This document shows positions 26,208 through 34,706 of a stretch of DNA of 64,000 nt, in pieces. Below the pieces are notes generated by a model. That model had not been told where the DNA came from and made no database searches. It saw only the letters and a program-made list of their open reading frames with translations. The position numbers and the translations under genes are program-made. Each line of letters opens with the position of its first letter. Within the stretch, counting starts at the first letter, position 1. The stretch is from an uncultured Ignavibacteriales bacterium (GTDB lineage: Bacteria > Zixibacteria > MSB-5A5 > GN15 > FEB-12), in assembly GCA_964540105.1 (NCBI GenBank), contig CAZILL010000001.1, positions 1,290,063 through 1,354,062 on the forward strand. Direction: 5' to 3'.

Positions 26208-26675
26208 CTACAATCGCCCGAAAGATCGCGCGAGAAAGCGGTGCACGGCATGGATGCCCGTGACTGGCTGAGCGTACATCAGGATGCACTTGCTGCTTAC
26301 CGTCTGTAGCCCACTTGCTCTCGCCTTCTCGATCGCCCGCGAAAAGTTTTTTCCCTGCTGAAACCAAAGATGAGTAAATCGCGCAGCGGCCGCGTCTTCG
26401 ACGACCATTTCAGCTCTTTCAGGTGAAACAGCTATGATTGCCGCTATCACTGTCGATCGGATAGCCCTCAGACTCGGGAGACAATTGTCTCCCTCGAAAG
26501 TACCGCGTGTCGGATGAACCGGAATCACATCATAACCGCGTGTTTTGAGTGTCTTATAGATCACTCCGCCGAAATCTCGATCTGACACACCGACGACGGC
26601 GATCTGTTTCTCGCTGATAATCTTCTCGATGATCGGGTTCACCACTCCTCCTGCTTGACCATGCGGCAATAACAT
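26208..26675 (-). CDS. CoA-binding domain protein (YccU-like)
   Basis: It has the IAVVGVSDRDFGGVIYKTLKTRGYDVIPVHP Rossmann-like CoA-binding pattern. The start is uncertain, because the ATG abuts the tRNA-Arg 3' end. GTG codons at 26648 and 26645 follow an AGGAGG. Confidence 0.7.
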   Translation of the reverse strand: MLLPHGQAGGVVNPIIEKIISEKQIAVVGVSDRDFGGVIYKTLKTRGYDVIPVHPTRGTFEGDNCLPSLRAIRSTVIAAIIAVSPERAEMVVEDAAAARFTHLWFQQGKNFSRAIEKARASGLQTVSSKCILMYAQPVTGIHAVHRFLARSFGRL

Positions 26676-26748
26676 ACCCCCGGCAGGACTCGAACCTGCT
26701 ACCCTCTGCTTAGAAGGCAGATGCTCTATCCAGATGAGCTACGGGGGC
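26675..26748 (-). tRNA. tRNA-Arg (anticodon TCT)
   Basis: The reverse complement GCCCCCGTAGCTCATCTGGATAGAGCATCTGCCTTCTAAGCAGAGGGTAGCAGGTTCGAGTCCTGCCGGGGGTA folds as a cloverleaf. The anticodon loop is CTTCTAA and the T-loop is TTCGAGT. No CCA is encoded. Confidence 0.9.
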
Positions 26749-26804
26749 GTAGCGCGTGACTGGTAGCCGCCAAGAGTATAGCCGACTCCGCCAAGGCATG
26801 CAAT

Positions 26805-26832
26805 AGAAAAGGGCTCCTTTCAACCGAGCCCC
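26805..26832 (-). terminator. Rho-independent terminator after the cytochrome operon
   Basis: On the minus strand, GGGGCTC-ggttgaaag-GAGCCC is followed by TTTTCT. Confidence 0.55.
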
Positions 26833-26864
26833 TAATACGAGCAGGCGTTGACGTCAGTCCGCTT

Positions 26865-27995
26865 TCAGCGCTTCACCTTCGTCCCCGGTGGGTGGGTCTG
26901 CCAGGTGCGGTCATCATCATGGCACTCCGCGCAAACAGGGTCACTATCGAATCTCCGCTCTAAGTGACATGACGTACACTCCAACTCGGCATGGGCTTCA
27001 TCGAGCTTCAGCCCGGTCACGGCATGTTTGAAGTTCCCTTGATTCCATCCTGCGTGGCAGTTCGAACAACTCCTGTTCAATTTTGCGATCCGCTTACCGG
27101 TCGGATGGCAGGCTCGGCAATCGAGGCCGTCATGGTAGGGACCAAGCGCCCAGCCGATTTGACTGTGCGAGAAACCCGGGCGTTCCTTGGTGTCATGGCA
27201 CTTGCTGCAGGCGTCAGCCTTGTGACAGTCGTTGCATATCGCATGCACCTGTTCCTGTGTCTTGTTCGTGTTAACCGGACGTTGCAGGTCATGGCAGTAA
27301 CCGCAGTTCTCTTCATGGTGGCAATTCACACATTTGAGTCCAAAGAGGTCAACGTGCTCTTTGTGCTGAAACGTCACAACCGGACCTGCCTTGTACGGCG
27401 TCTCGAAAACCTTCTTCGGCGGCACCGTGATGACCGGGTGAGCCACGCCCAGGATGTCTGTGGAATCTATCCCGTCGACGGAGAGCTTTTCACCCAGCTT
27501 TGGAAGATGGCAAACCACGCACTTGGTGTCATGGCTCCACTCTCTGTGACACGAGAGACAGTGGCGATGATACGCTCCCTTGAGGCCGGGCTGCCTCAAA
27601 TTCCTCGGATTGGCTCCGTTGCCGTGACATTCTTTGCACGGAGGAATCCGTCCCGGTGGGCTGTAATGATGGCAGGTAGCGCAGCTGTCCCCCATCTCCG
27701 CCATCCCAGCGTGCAGCTTGTGGTTGAAGTGCACAGGCTGGTAGGTGTCCGCCAGCTCCTTCAAGAGCATTGTGTCTGGCGCTTCCGCCAGCTTGTGGGT
27801 CGAGGTGGTGTGAGTCATCGCGAGTGTCGGGCACGGCTTCAAGCAAGGTTCCTTCGCTGTTGGCATCACACACAGATGGCATTCCTTGCAGTCAATTCTC
27901 TGTGCAAGGTTTGCCGTGTCTTGTCGTGCCCCAATCGACCCAACCCCAATCGCCATCAAGCATATGCTAAGCAGTACTACTGTGGCTATCTTCAT
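26865..27995 (-). CDS. Periplasmic multiheme cytochrome c (13 CxxCH motifs)
   Basis: It has a signal peptide. I counted 13 CxxCH motifs in 376 aa: CKECH x2, CATCH, CLSCH, CVVCH, CVNCH, CGYCH, CNDCH, CSKCH, CRACH, CSNCH, CTSCH and CAECH. Confidence 0.9.
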   Translation of the reverse strand: MKIATVVLLSICLMAIGVGSIGARQDTANLAQRIDCKECHLCVMPTAKEPCLKPCPTLAMTHTTSTHKLAEAPDTMLLKELADTYQPVHFNHKLHAGMAEMGDSCATCHHYSPPGRIPPCKECHGNGANPRNLRQPGLKGAYHRHCLSCHREWSHDTKCVVCHLPKLGEKLSVDGIDSTDILGVAHPVITVPPKKVFETPYKAGPVVTFQHKEHVDLFGLKCVNCHHEENCGYCHDLQRPVNTNKTQEQVHAICNDCHKADACSKCHDTKERPGFSHSQIGWALGPYHDGLDCRACHPTGKRIAKLNRSCSNCHAGWNQGNFKHAVTGLKLDEAHAELECTSCHLERRFDSDPVCAECHDDDRTWQTHPPGTKVKR

Positions 27996-27996
27996 G

Positions 27997-29262
27997 TCAT
28001 CTCATCCTGTTCAAGGTTGTTAGAACAGGGTCTGTCGAAGCCCTGCTTTGAGAGTTGCCATCCGGGGAGGCGGCTATGACCGGAAAGTTCATCACGATGA
28101 GCCGGTACACGAGCACCAGGGCGCTGATAAGACCTACGGTGACTAGCACTTCGAGTATTGACGGGAAATACCTCTTCTGCGGGTAGAGCGGCTCATACGC
28201 CACCAAGAAGACGTTGATACGGTTGAACGCAACTCCGAAAATGACGAACCCTGCCGAAACAAATAGCCCGCTGATTGAATGGCGAATCTTGTGGATTGAA
28301 AGCAGAATGATCGGGGTAACCACGCCCAGAAGGATTTCAATGGCGAACAGAGTCGAACGCGTGCTTCCGTCGAACAGATACGGCCACACTTCGCGGATGG
28401 TTAGATCCCCGATCTTTACGGCCAGGTATGCTCCGAGGAGGACGGGGGTGTAGCGGGCGATCGACGCCAGCACAGGCAGTTCGGGTTTCAGCTTGAATGA
28501 CCGCGACGACAAGATTGACTCAAAGATCACCATGGGAAACCCTACCGCTATGGCTGACATCAGAAAGAGAAGAGGCGAGATGGGTGTGTACCAGAGCGGG
28601 TGCATCTTGGTCGGAGCAATCATCATGAGCGTCCCCAGCGACGACTGATGAAGGCAGGAGAGCACGACGCCGGCAATAATGAACAATGATATGAACCTCC
28701 CCAGATATCGGTCGCATACCGTCAGCCAGGATTCGATCACTCCGTTGAGGAGAGCCAGCGGACCCGGAAGATTGACTCGACCCTTAAACCGTTCGACCAC
28801 GATCGGAAGGAATTCGATGTAAAGCACCGTCAGATAAATCATGACACACATGCCGACTTCGAACAGCACCGAGTTCCCCTGCCACATGCTCGGCAGCATT
28901 GGGTGCCAGACATTGTAGTACCGTCCGAGATCCGCCAGAAGACCGATAACAACAAACGTGTACCCCAGCATTGCTGTCAGGAGTGCGGGTCGCACAATGA
29001 TATGGTATTTTTCTTTGTGGAAGACATCCGCAAGAGCGGCTGTCGTGAAGCCACCCGCCGCCAGGGCAACCCCCGAGGCGACGTCGATCGCTATCCATAT
29101 TCCCCAAGGGTATTGGTCATCCAGGTTCGTCGCGGCTCCGATTCCCGCCACTAATCGATAAGCATATGACAGCAGACCAACCGCCATGATTCCGAACAGC
29201 ACCTTTGTGCCAGTCGAAAAGAACTTCTGCCTGATGGGTGAGGGCGTCTCATGGTTATTCAT
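27997..29262 (-). CDS. NrfD/HybB/HmcC-family polytopic membrane quinone-interacting subunit
   Basis: 421 aa with about 10 TM helices. The N-terminal YPWGIWIAIDVASGVALAAGGF block is typical of the NrfD/PsrC/HybB family. The stop lies 1 nt before the cytochrome start. Confidence 0.88.
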   Translation of the reverse strand: MNNHETPSPIRQKFFSTGTKVLFGIMAVGLLSYAYRLVAGIGAATNLDDQYPWGIWIAIDVASGVALAAGGFTTAALADVFHKEKYHIIVRPALLTAMLGYTFVVIGLLADLGRYYNVWHPMLPSMWQGNSVLFEVGMCVMIYLTVLYIEFLPIVVERFKGRVNLPGPLALLNGVIESWLTVCDRYLGRFISLFIIAGVVLSCLHQSSLGTLMMIAPTKMHPLWYTPISPLLFLMSAIAVGFPMVIFESILSSRSFKLKPELPVLASIARYTPVLLGAYLAVKIGDLTIREVWPYLFDGSTRSTLFAIEILLGVVTPIILLSIHKIRHSISGLFVSAGFVIFGVAFNRINVFLVAYEPLYPQKRYFPSILEVLVTVGLISALVLVYRLIVMNFPVIAASPDGNSQSRASTDPVLTTLNRMR

Positions 29263-30157
29263 GGTTATCCTCCGCCGTGGTTCGTTCTCTCAGCGAGTGC
29301 ATCACCAAGCCGAGCAGTCCATAAAGAGCAAGCGGGGGAATAAACGACTTGAACACCCCATGCTGAATCGCTTCTGTAGCGTGGGGGATGGGTTTGTCGT
29401 CGAGCTTGGGTAGTTCGGTCGCGCTGAAGCCTACGCCTGCCAGATACATCCAGCTGGTTCCACCGACTTCCGTTTCACCATAGACATGGTCAACATAACG
29501 GCCCGGATTGGTCAGGATACGACTATGAGCGAGATCAATCAGTTCACCACGAGTCCCGAAAGTGAGCGCCTCGTTCGGGCAGATCGCCACGCACCCGGGT
29601 TTCTTCCCTTCCTCGATAATACGCTTGCTGCAGAATGTACACTTGCGTACCTGAGGCGCCAGGGCGTTGTCGTATTCGTAGGCCGGTATCTGGAAGGGAC
29701 AGGCCACCATGCAGTAGCGGCACCCAATGCACTTCCAGGCGTCATACATGACTGGCCCCCGGCCAGATTTCTGCAACGCCCCCACGATGCAGGCCGAAAC
29801 ACAGGCCGGATCGTTGCAGTGCATGCATTGTACTTTTAGTGTGTATTTCTTGTCGGTAGCGCCCGTTCCCGAAAACTCATTCACAACCGTATAAGCCCCT
29901 TTGTCAGGACGCCGGTGGCGCTGGAAAACTGATTTGTCCTCGAACGCCTTGAGCTCCTGGGTCGGAAGTAAGTTGACATCATTACAGGCCCACTCGCACT
30001 TGCGACAACCTATGCAGGCGACCGTGTCCACCAGCACACCGTAAACCTTGTCGCAGTCGAGAACATCCGTCCCTTCGCTCGCTTGGACCGGGGCGCTTAA
30101 CAGGGAAGCAGACCCCAGGGCTGTTATCTTGAAGAAATCTCGTCGTTTGATATCCAT
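29255..30157 (-). CDS. Tat-exported 4Fe-4S ferredoxin-type subunit (HybA/NrfC/HmcB/DsrO-like) with C-terminal membrane anchor
   Basis: It has a twin-arginine signal (MDIKRRDFFKITALG) and several CxxCxxCxxxC(P) clusters (CIGCRKCEWAC, CMHCNDPACVSAC, CIGCRYCMVACP). A C-terminal TM helix is present. It overlaps the NrfD-like gene by 8 nt. Confidence 0.9.
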   Translation of the reverse strand: MDIKRRDFFKITALGSASLLSAPVQASEGTDVLDCDKVYGVLVDTVACIGCRKCEWACNDVNLLPTQELKAFEDKSVFQRHRRPDKGAYTVVNEFSGTGATDKKYTLKVQCMHCNDPACVSACIVGALQKSGRGPVMYDAWKCIGCRYCMVACPFQIPAYEYDNALAPQVRKCTFCSKRIIEEGKKPGCVAICPNEALTFGTRGELIDLAHSRILTNPGRYVDHVYGETEVGGTSWMYLAGVGFSATELPKLDDKPIPHATEAIQHGVFKSFIPPLALYGLLGLVMHSLRERTTAEDNHE

Positions 30158-30224
30158 AAGCTTGGCTCCTCAATTCGAAAAAGAGGGGATTGAATTTACC
30201 AGAGATGTGAAAGTTTTCACAAAT

Positions 30225-30280
30225 TATCCTATATCTTTCATTCGTTGATATAGGATACCATCTTTGTGCACATCTGTCAA
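30225..30280 (-). promoter_or_regulatory. Predicted promoter of the FeS/NrfD/cytochrome operon with an overlapping 10-bp perfect inverted repeat (candidate operator)
   Basis: On the minus strand: TTGACA (30280-30275), 17 nt, then TATCCT (30257-30252). The inverted repeat is TATCCTATAT-N13-ATATAGGATA (30225-30257), and one arm begins at the -10 element. Confidence 0.4.
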
Positions 30281-30417
30281 TACATAAATGATCATAATCT
30301 ATGAGTTTATCATGTCGCCGTATTTTGTTGGTATATATCATGATACGTTGCGTTCTCTTCGGTGCTGATTTAGTTTATCTCCTGACCGAGATGCGGTGAG
30401 CTCGCAATTCAATCAGG

Positions 30418-30443
30418 AACCTTGTACGTACTACGCACAAGGT
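30418..30443 (-). terminator. Hairpin downstream of rlmI
   Basis: On the minus strand, ACCTTGTGCG-tagta-CGTACAAGGT forms a 10 bp stem with 1 G-U pair. The T-tract is weak. Confidence 0.4.
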
Positions 30444-30453
30444 ATATTCGCTT

Positions 30454-31641
30454 CTATCTTTCGACCAGGCTAATGTATGAGCTCAGATATCCCGCCTCAG
30501 GAAAGTAAATCGAGACAGGATGGTCGGCGCCTTGAGTCACGTGCTTCAGTATATGAAGTTCGATTCGGTTCTGTACTGAAGCGCGGCGTAACGTAAAGGC
30601 TAGATCTTCCGCAGTAAAATAACCGGAACAACTCGAGCTGATCAGTATACCGCCGGTCTTTACCAATCGCATAGCCGCTCGGTTGAGGAAATGGTACGCC
30701 TTGCGCCCGGCTTCCTCATCGCGTCGTGACTTTATCAGCGCCGGTGGATCGACTATAACCATGTCGTATTCTGGCTCGGTCCGTGATCCGAGCCACTGAA
30801 AAACGTCAGCACATTCTGTCCGGATCATCCCACTGTCGAGCTCATTGATCTCAACCATGTGTCGACATTTGGCAAGCGCGCTCTCAGAGCTGTCGACATT
30901 GGTCACCTCCCTTGCTCCACCTTTCAGGGCGGCGACCGCGAAGCTGCCCGTGTTTGAGAAGAGATTCAGCGCCGACCTCCCGGCTGCAAGTCGGGTTACT
31001 TCACGGCGGAGATCTCTTTGATCAAGATAGAATCCCGTCTTCTGCCCATGCATCACATCTGCCGCGAACTGCAAACCCCGCTCACGAAAACGAACCAATC
31101 CAGGGTCCAGTCCGTGGTGAACAGTCGACATCTCCTTCAACCCTTCCTCGAGTCTCGACCCAGAATCACTTCTTTCGATTATGGCCGTGGGTGAAAAGAG
31201 ATCCTGGAGAGCCTCGATCAGGTTCCCCTTGAGCAGCTCCATTCCCATCGTCCCGATTTGCAGTACGAAGACATCTGCATAGCGGTCGACCACGAGCCCG
31301 GGGATTCCGTCCGACTCGCCAAAGATAACTCTGTACCCGTTGGTCTCCATCGGTATCCCCAAGTCGAGAAATCTGCGGCGCTCGTCTGCACTCTTCAATC
31401 GTGTTGCAAACCACTCCTTGTCGAGTGTTGCCTGACCAAACTCGAATACCCTCACGGCTATGCTTCCCCGATTGGAAAATGTGCCTGTGGCGAGAATGGT
31501 ACCGGAAGCGTCAGCGATCTGTACTACCGAGCCATGAGGTGCGCGAGTCGATGACTGCAGCGCCCCTGAAAAAACCCACGGATGTCGGTGGGCCAGCGTG
31601 CCCCCTTTATCCGGATTGAATGACAGAAGAATGTTTCCCAT
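30454..31641 (-). CDS. rlmI: SAM-dependent 23S rRNA (cytosine-C5)-methyltransferase, RlmI-like (PUA plus class I MTase)
   Basis: 395 aa, with an N-terminal PUA-like region (HPWVFSGAL) and MTase motifs (LNLFSNTGSFAVAA, VIVDPPALIKS). Confidence 0.85.
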   Translation of the reverse strand: MGNILLSFNPDKGGTLAHRHPWVFSGALQSSTRAPHGSVVQIADASGTILATGTFSNRGSIAVRVFEFGQATLDKEWFATRLKSADERRRFLDLGIPMETNGYRVIFGESDGIPGLVVDRYADVFVLQIGTMGMELLKGNLIEALQDLFSPTAIIERSDSGSRLEEGLKEMSTVHHGLDPGLVRFRERGLQFAADVMHGQKTGFYLDQRDLRREVTRLAAGRSALNLFSNTGSFAVAALKGGAREVTNVDSSESALAKCRHMVEINELDSGMIRTECADVFQWLGSRTEPEYDMVIVDPPALIKSRRDEEAGRKAYHFLNRAAMRLVKTGGILISSSCSGYFTAEDLAFTLRRASVQNRIELHILKHVTQGADHPVSIYFPEAGYLSSYISLVER

Positions 31642-31777
31642 CTACCACTTCACCTGAGGGCTCGGTCCTCGATAAGTCATGTACATCTCTTTCCTTTCGC
31701 TCCCGAAAATTACGCTGGGGTGTGCATGCCGAAAACGGCCGGGGACTTCATACGTTTGCTATGCATGACATACGAAA

Positions 31778-31854
31778 TGGTCGGGGTGAGAGGATTTGAA
31801 CCTCCGACACCTTGCTCCCAAAGCAAGTGCGCTACCGGGCTGCGCCACACCCCG
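31778..31854 (-). tRNA. tRNA-Pro (anticodon TGG), CCA encoded
   Basis: The reverse complement CGGGGTGTGGCGCAGCCCGGTAGCGCACTTGCTTTGGGAGCAAGGTGTCGGAGGTTCAAATCCTCTCACCCCGACCA folds as a cloverleaf. The anticodon loop is TTTGGGA. Confidence 0.9.
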
Positions 31855-32251
31855 TCCCTCGTTAACATGATAGACCCTATTCAGCTGACTGTCAAGGCGG
31901 GACACCCTGCAAAACCGTCATTTTCATAGGGAAAACAGAGTTTTTCGACGATCCTGCTGTCAAGTTTACACGAATACAGTACGGGACAGGCTTCACTTAG
32001 AGCGTCCCCTCAGGTCGTGCAACGCATTGCCAGCCAGTACGATCAACCCTCCAGCGCCACTCTGGGGCAGGGAAGAGGTTTCTTGGAAAATGCCCCGGGT
32101 CCTCGTTTGAGAGGATTCCCGAAAGAGACTCAGGTAACCGCAGGATTCAGTGGTATGGATGTCGTCGGATACAGACCTTCGACATTCGCCCCTCAGATCG
32201 GCGCATCTGGCCCCTTGCCCTGATCTCGAAAATGGGCTAAATTGCCACACT

Positions 32252-33283
32252 ATGTCCAAACAAAATCTCATGGGTTTTACTCTGCCCCAGATGGAGAGCA
32301 TCATGGTCGGCATGGGGGAGAAGCCCTTCAAAGGGAAACAACTCTTCAAGTGGCTCTACAATACTCGTCAATACGATTTCAGCCTGATGACCAACCTGCG
32401 CCGCGAGCTTCGTGAACGCCTCGCACAAGCCTACGAATTTGAGCAACTCAGCCTTGAGTATCATGCCCGATCAACCGACGGCACCGAGAAGTTCTTGTTT
32501 CGTCTTTCGGATGGTCGTCCGGTAGAGACGGTGATTATCCCCGACGATGAACGATCGACTCTTTGCGTCTCCTCTCAATCCGGATGCGCCTTAGCCTGCC
32601 GCTTCTGTGCGACCGGCACTCTCGGGCTGCTTCGCAACCTCACTGTGGGAGAAATCATCGGACAGATTGTTTTTATCCGTGAGCGATACGGCAATGACGC
32701 CTTCGGTAATGTCGTCTTCATGGGTATGGGAGAACCGCTGCACAACTATGACAATCTGATCGAGGCGATTGCTATCATGCACGGTCCTCTCGGGCTCAAG
32801 ATTTCCGCCAAGAAGATCACGATTTCAACATCAGGAATTACACCCAAGATTCGCAAGTTGGCCGAAGCGGGGTCAAAAACCCGCCTCGCCCTCTCTCTGC
32901 ACGCGGCCACTCAGGAGAAGCGCGCCCGCGTCATGCCTGTGGCTCAGACGTTTTCTCTCGACAAATTGATGGAGGCCGTGCGGTACTATGCCCTCACCAC
33001 CGGCCAGCGGGTGACATTTGAGTATATTCTCTTTAACGGCTTCAACGATACCCTGGATGACGTCAAGGCCCTCTCCAATTTGGTACGCGGAATTCCATGC
33101 AAGATCAATATCCTTGCGTATAATGAAGTGCCTGGGCTGGACTTTCGACGTCCATCCGATGATAGGGTTGATTGGTTCGGCCGACAACTATACCCCCGCG
33201 TGCCGGCGGTTACGGTGCGCAAGAGTCGGGGAAGAGACATCGACGCTGCCTGCGGCCAACTGGCAGCTCGACACATCACATAG
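32252..33283 (+). CDS. rlmN: 23S rRNA/tRNA (adenine-C2)-methyltransferase, radical SAM
   Basis: It has the CVSSQSGCALACRFCATG radical-SAM cluster motif and RlmN-type N- and C-terminal blocks. The ORF track starts at 32150, but the ATG at 32252 (MSKQNLMGFTLPQ) gives the canonical length. Confidence 0.93.
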   Translation: MSKQNLMGFTLPQMESIMVGMGEKPFKGKQLFKWLYNTRQYDFSLMTNLRRELRERLAQAYEFEQLSLEYHARSTDGTEKFLFRLSDGRPVETVIIPDDERSTLCVSSQSGCALACRFCATGTLGLLRNLTVGEIIGQIVFIRERYGNDAFGNVVFMGMGEPLHNYDNLIEAIAIMHGPLGLKISAKKITISTSGITPKIRKLAEAGSKTRLALSLHAATQEKRARVMPVAQTFSLDKLMEAVRYYALTTGQRVTFEYILFNGFNDTLDDVKALSNLVRGIPCKINILAYNEVPGLDFRRPSDDRVDWFGRQLYPRVPAVTVRKSRGRDIDAACGQLAARHIT

Positions 33284-33293
33284 GAGGAATCTC

Positions 33294-34706
33294 ATGGCCC
33301 GTTGTTACGTCCCGCTCAGCCTAGCGCTCATACTCTGTTACGGGTCAGCTGGTCATGCTCAAGGTCCGGCTCTCGATGTTGGGAAAATCGAGACTCCGTC
33401 GCTTCGGTGGGGAAAGCAGTTCGCGCAGTTCAGCCTCACCAATTCCACGGAAGACGTAAAGCAAATCACCATTGTTGCCCATATCATCTTCGACAAGGGG
33501 ACGTATTTACACCCCGAACGAACGACTGTCGCCCACCGCACGGTCGAGCCGGCACAAATAGCCTCGATCGCCATGCCACTTGATATCCCAGGCAATTTCG
33601 GTGGCGCCACTCTGACCATCAGTCTCTACGATGTCGTCGACACCCTCGACGCGATTATGCCGTCGATGAAATTCTTCCAGCAACCGTTTATGCTCCACTT
33701 TCATATACCTGATCCCTTGTCACCGTATATGCAGGAACGAGTTTCGTTGCCTCCGTGCGTGGAACAAAACGCAGATTTCGACAACGAATTCTCGCGATTG
33801 TTGCTCCTGCTGATCAATCAGGGGAAGGGCGTTTCCGAAATCGCCGACATGGCCGCAGCTGATTCCAGCTTCGTGCAAGACGTCGTCAACCAATTCAAGA
33901 TCAAGACCTACTTGATCGAAAGCGAAGGGAAACTCTCCTTCACTTTTCCGATCATTCTGTCTGCCGAAGCGGAAGCAGGTCGACTCCTCGCTAACGACGT
34001 TGTCGGAAAGCTCGCTCCCCTGATAGCGAACAATCTCACGCGGTATCCTCACACCCTCGATAGTCTCGTTAAAGCCGGCATGATGTCCGCCGATTCCAGC
34101 AGCTTTGTGAACGGCGGCGCGGTTCTCTATCGACAGTACCCAACTGTTGGGGCAGTAGCCCTCTGGATGTATCTCGGGCGGAAATTCATCGAAGACTCAC
34201 TGCCGCTTGAGATATTTCGCCAGGCCAGTCCGTGCAATATCTACACCCCCGGCTACATGTATGCCGTTCAGGGGGGGGCTTTGGTTTGCGGCAGTCATTA
34301 TTACAATCAGCGAACCCTCGGCAGCAAACTGGCTCTGACCTTCGGAGATAGGATACCGCAAGTAGTCTGCCCCGATCCAGCTCGCACTCCCAAATCTCGT
34401 CCCAATCGCGACTGGCAATACGGACCGGACGACAGCACTGAGATGTTTCTTATCGATACCGCCGTTGGCAACATCGCAGCGGCATCTATGACCGCCGGGG
34501 CCGAAGCCGTCACTGCGTCGGCCAGGGAGAAACTCAGGGAGCTCACTGAGAGGTATGCAACCGGTAGCTTCTCTCCAGCGACAAGGTATTGGTTCTGGAA
34601 CCTGGTTGCGACCAAGACCATGGCGAAGCTGGTTGAAAAGAAGGCTATCAGCCGCCGAGGTAACGGCATGTATCGGCTCGAAGGCACGAATAAGGTATTG
34701 AAATGA
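33294..34706 (+). CDS. Hypothetical secreted protein (470 aa), no recognised family
   Basis: An AGGAGG sequence lies 7 nt before the ATG at 33294. It has a signal peptide (MARCYVPLSLALILCYGSAGHAQG). The ORF-track N-terminal extension from 33018 overlaps rlmN and is discounted. Confidence 0.6.
   Translation: MARCYVPLSLALILCYGSAGHAQGPALDVGKIETPSLRWGKQFAQFSLTNSTEDVKQITIVAHIIFDKGTYLHPERTTVAHRTVEPAQIASIAMPLDIPGNFGGATLTISLYDVVDTLDAIMPSMKFFQQPFMLHFHIPDPLSPYMQERVSLPPCVEQNADFDNEFSRLLLLLINQGKGVSEIADMAAADSSFVQDVVNQFKIKTYLIESEGKLSFTFPIILSAEAEAGRLLANDVVGKLAPLIANNLTRYPHTLDSLVKAGMMSADSSSFVNGGAVLYRQYPTVGAVALWMYLGRKFIEDSLPLEIFRQASPCNIYTPGYMYAVQGGALVCGSHYYNQRTLGSKLALTFGDRIPQVVCPDPARTPKSRPNRDWQYGPDDSTEMFLIDTAVGNIAAASMTAGAEAVTASAREKLRELTERYATGSFSPATRYWFWNLVATKTMAKLVEKKAISRRGNGMYRLEGTNKVLK

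Noticed and set aside
26991-28079. A long (362 aa) plus-strand ORF lies antisense to the cytochrome and NrfD genes. Similar long antisense ORFs occur at 22451-23083, 39643-40326, 44110-44682, 46458-47297 and 48099-48599.
   Set aside because: Each lies entirely opposite a gene with clear family motifs. Their translations are Arg/Ser/Gly/His-rich and low in complexity, and no start signals were seen. This is the typical stop-codon-poor antisense frame of moderately GC-rich coding DNA.
26675-31854. The segment is bounded by two minus-strand tRNA genes (Arg-TCT and Pro-TGG). I considered whether it is a tRNA-targeted genomic island carrying the cytochrome operon.
   Set aside because: I noticed no integrase, recombinase or mobility gene, no direct repeat of a tRNA 3' end, and no obvious compositional break. 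rlmI is a housekeeping gene.
31720-31929. A 69-aa plus-strand ORF.
   Set aside because: It overlaps the antisense strand of a well-formed tRNA-Pro, so it is spurious.
33018-33293. An N-terminal extension of the 562-aa ORF overlaps the 3' end of rlmN in another frame.
   Set aside because: An AGGAGG-preceded ATG at 33294 gives a protein that starts with a canonical signal peptide. The upstream part has no plausible function and overlaps conserved RlmN sequence.
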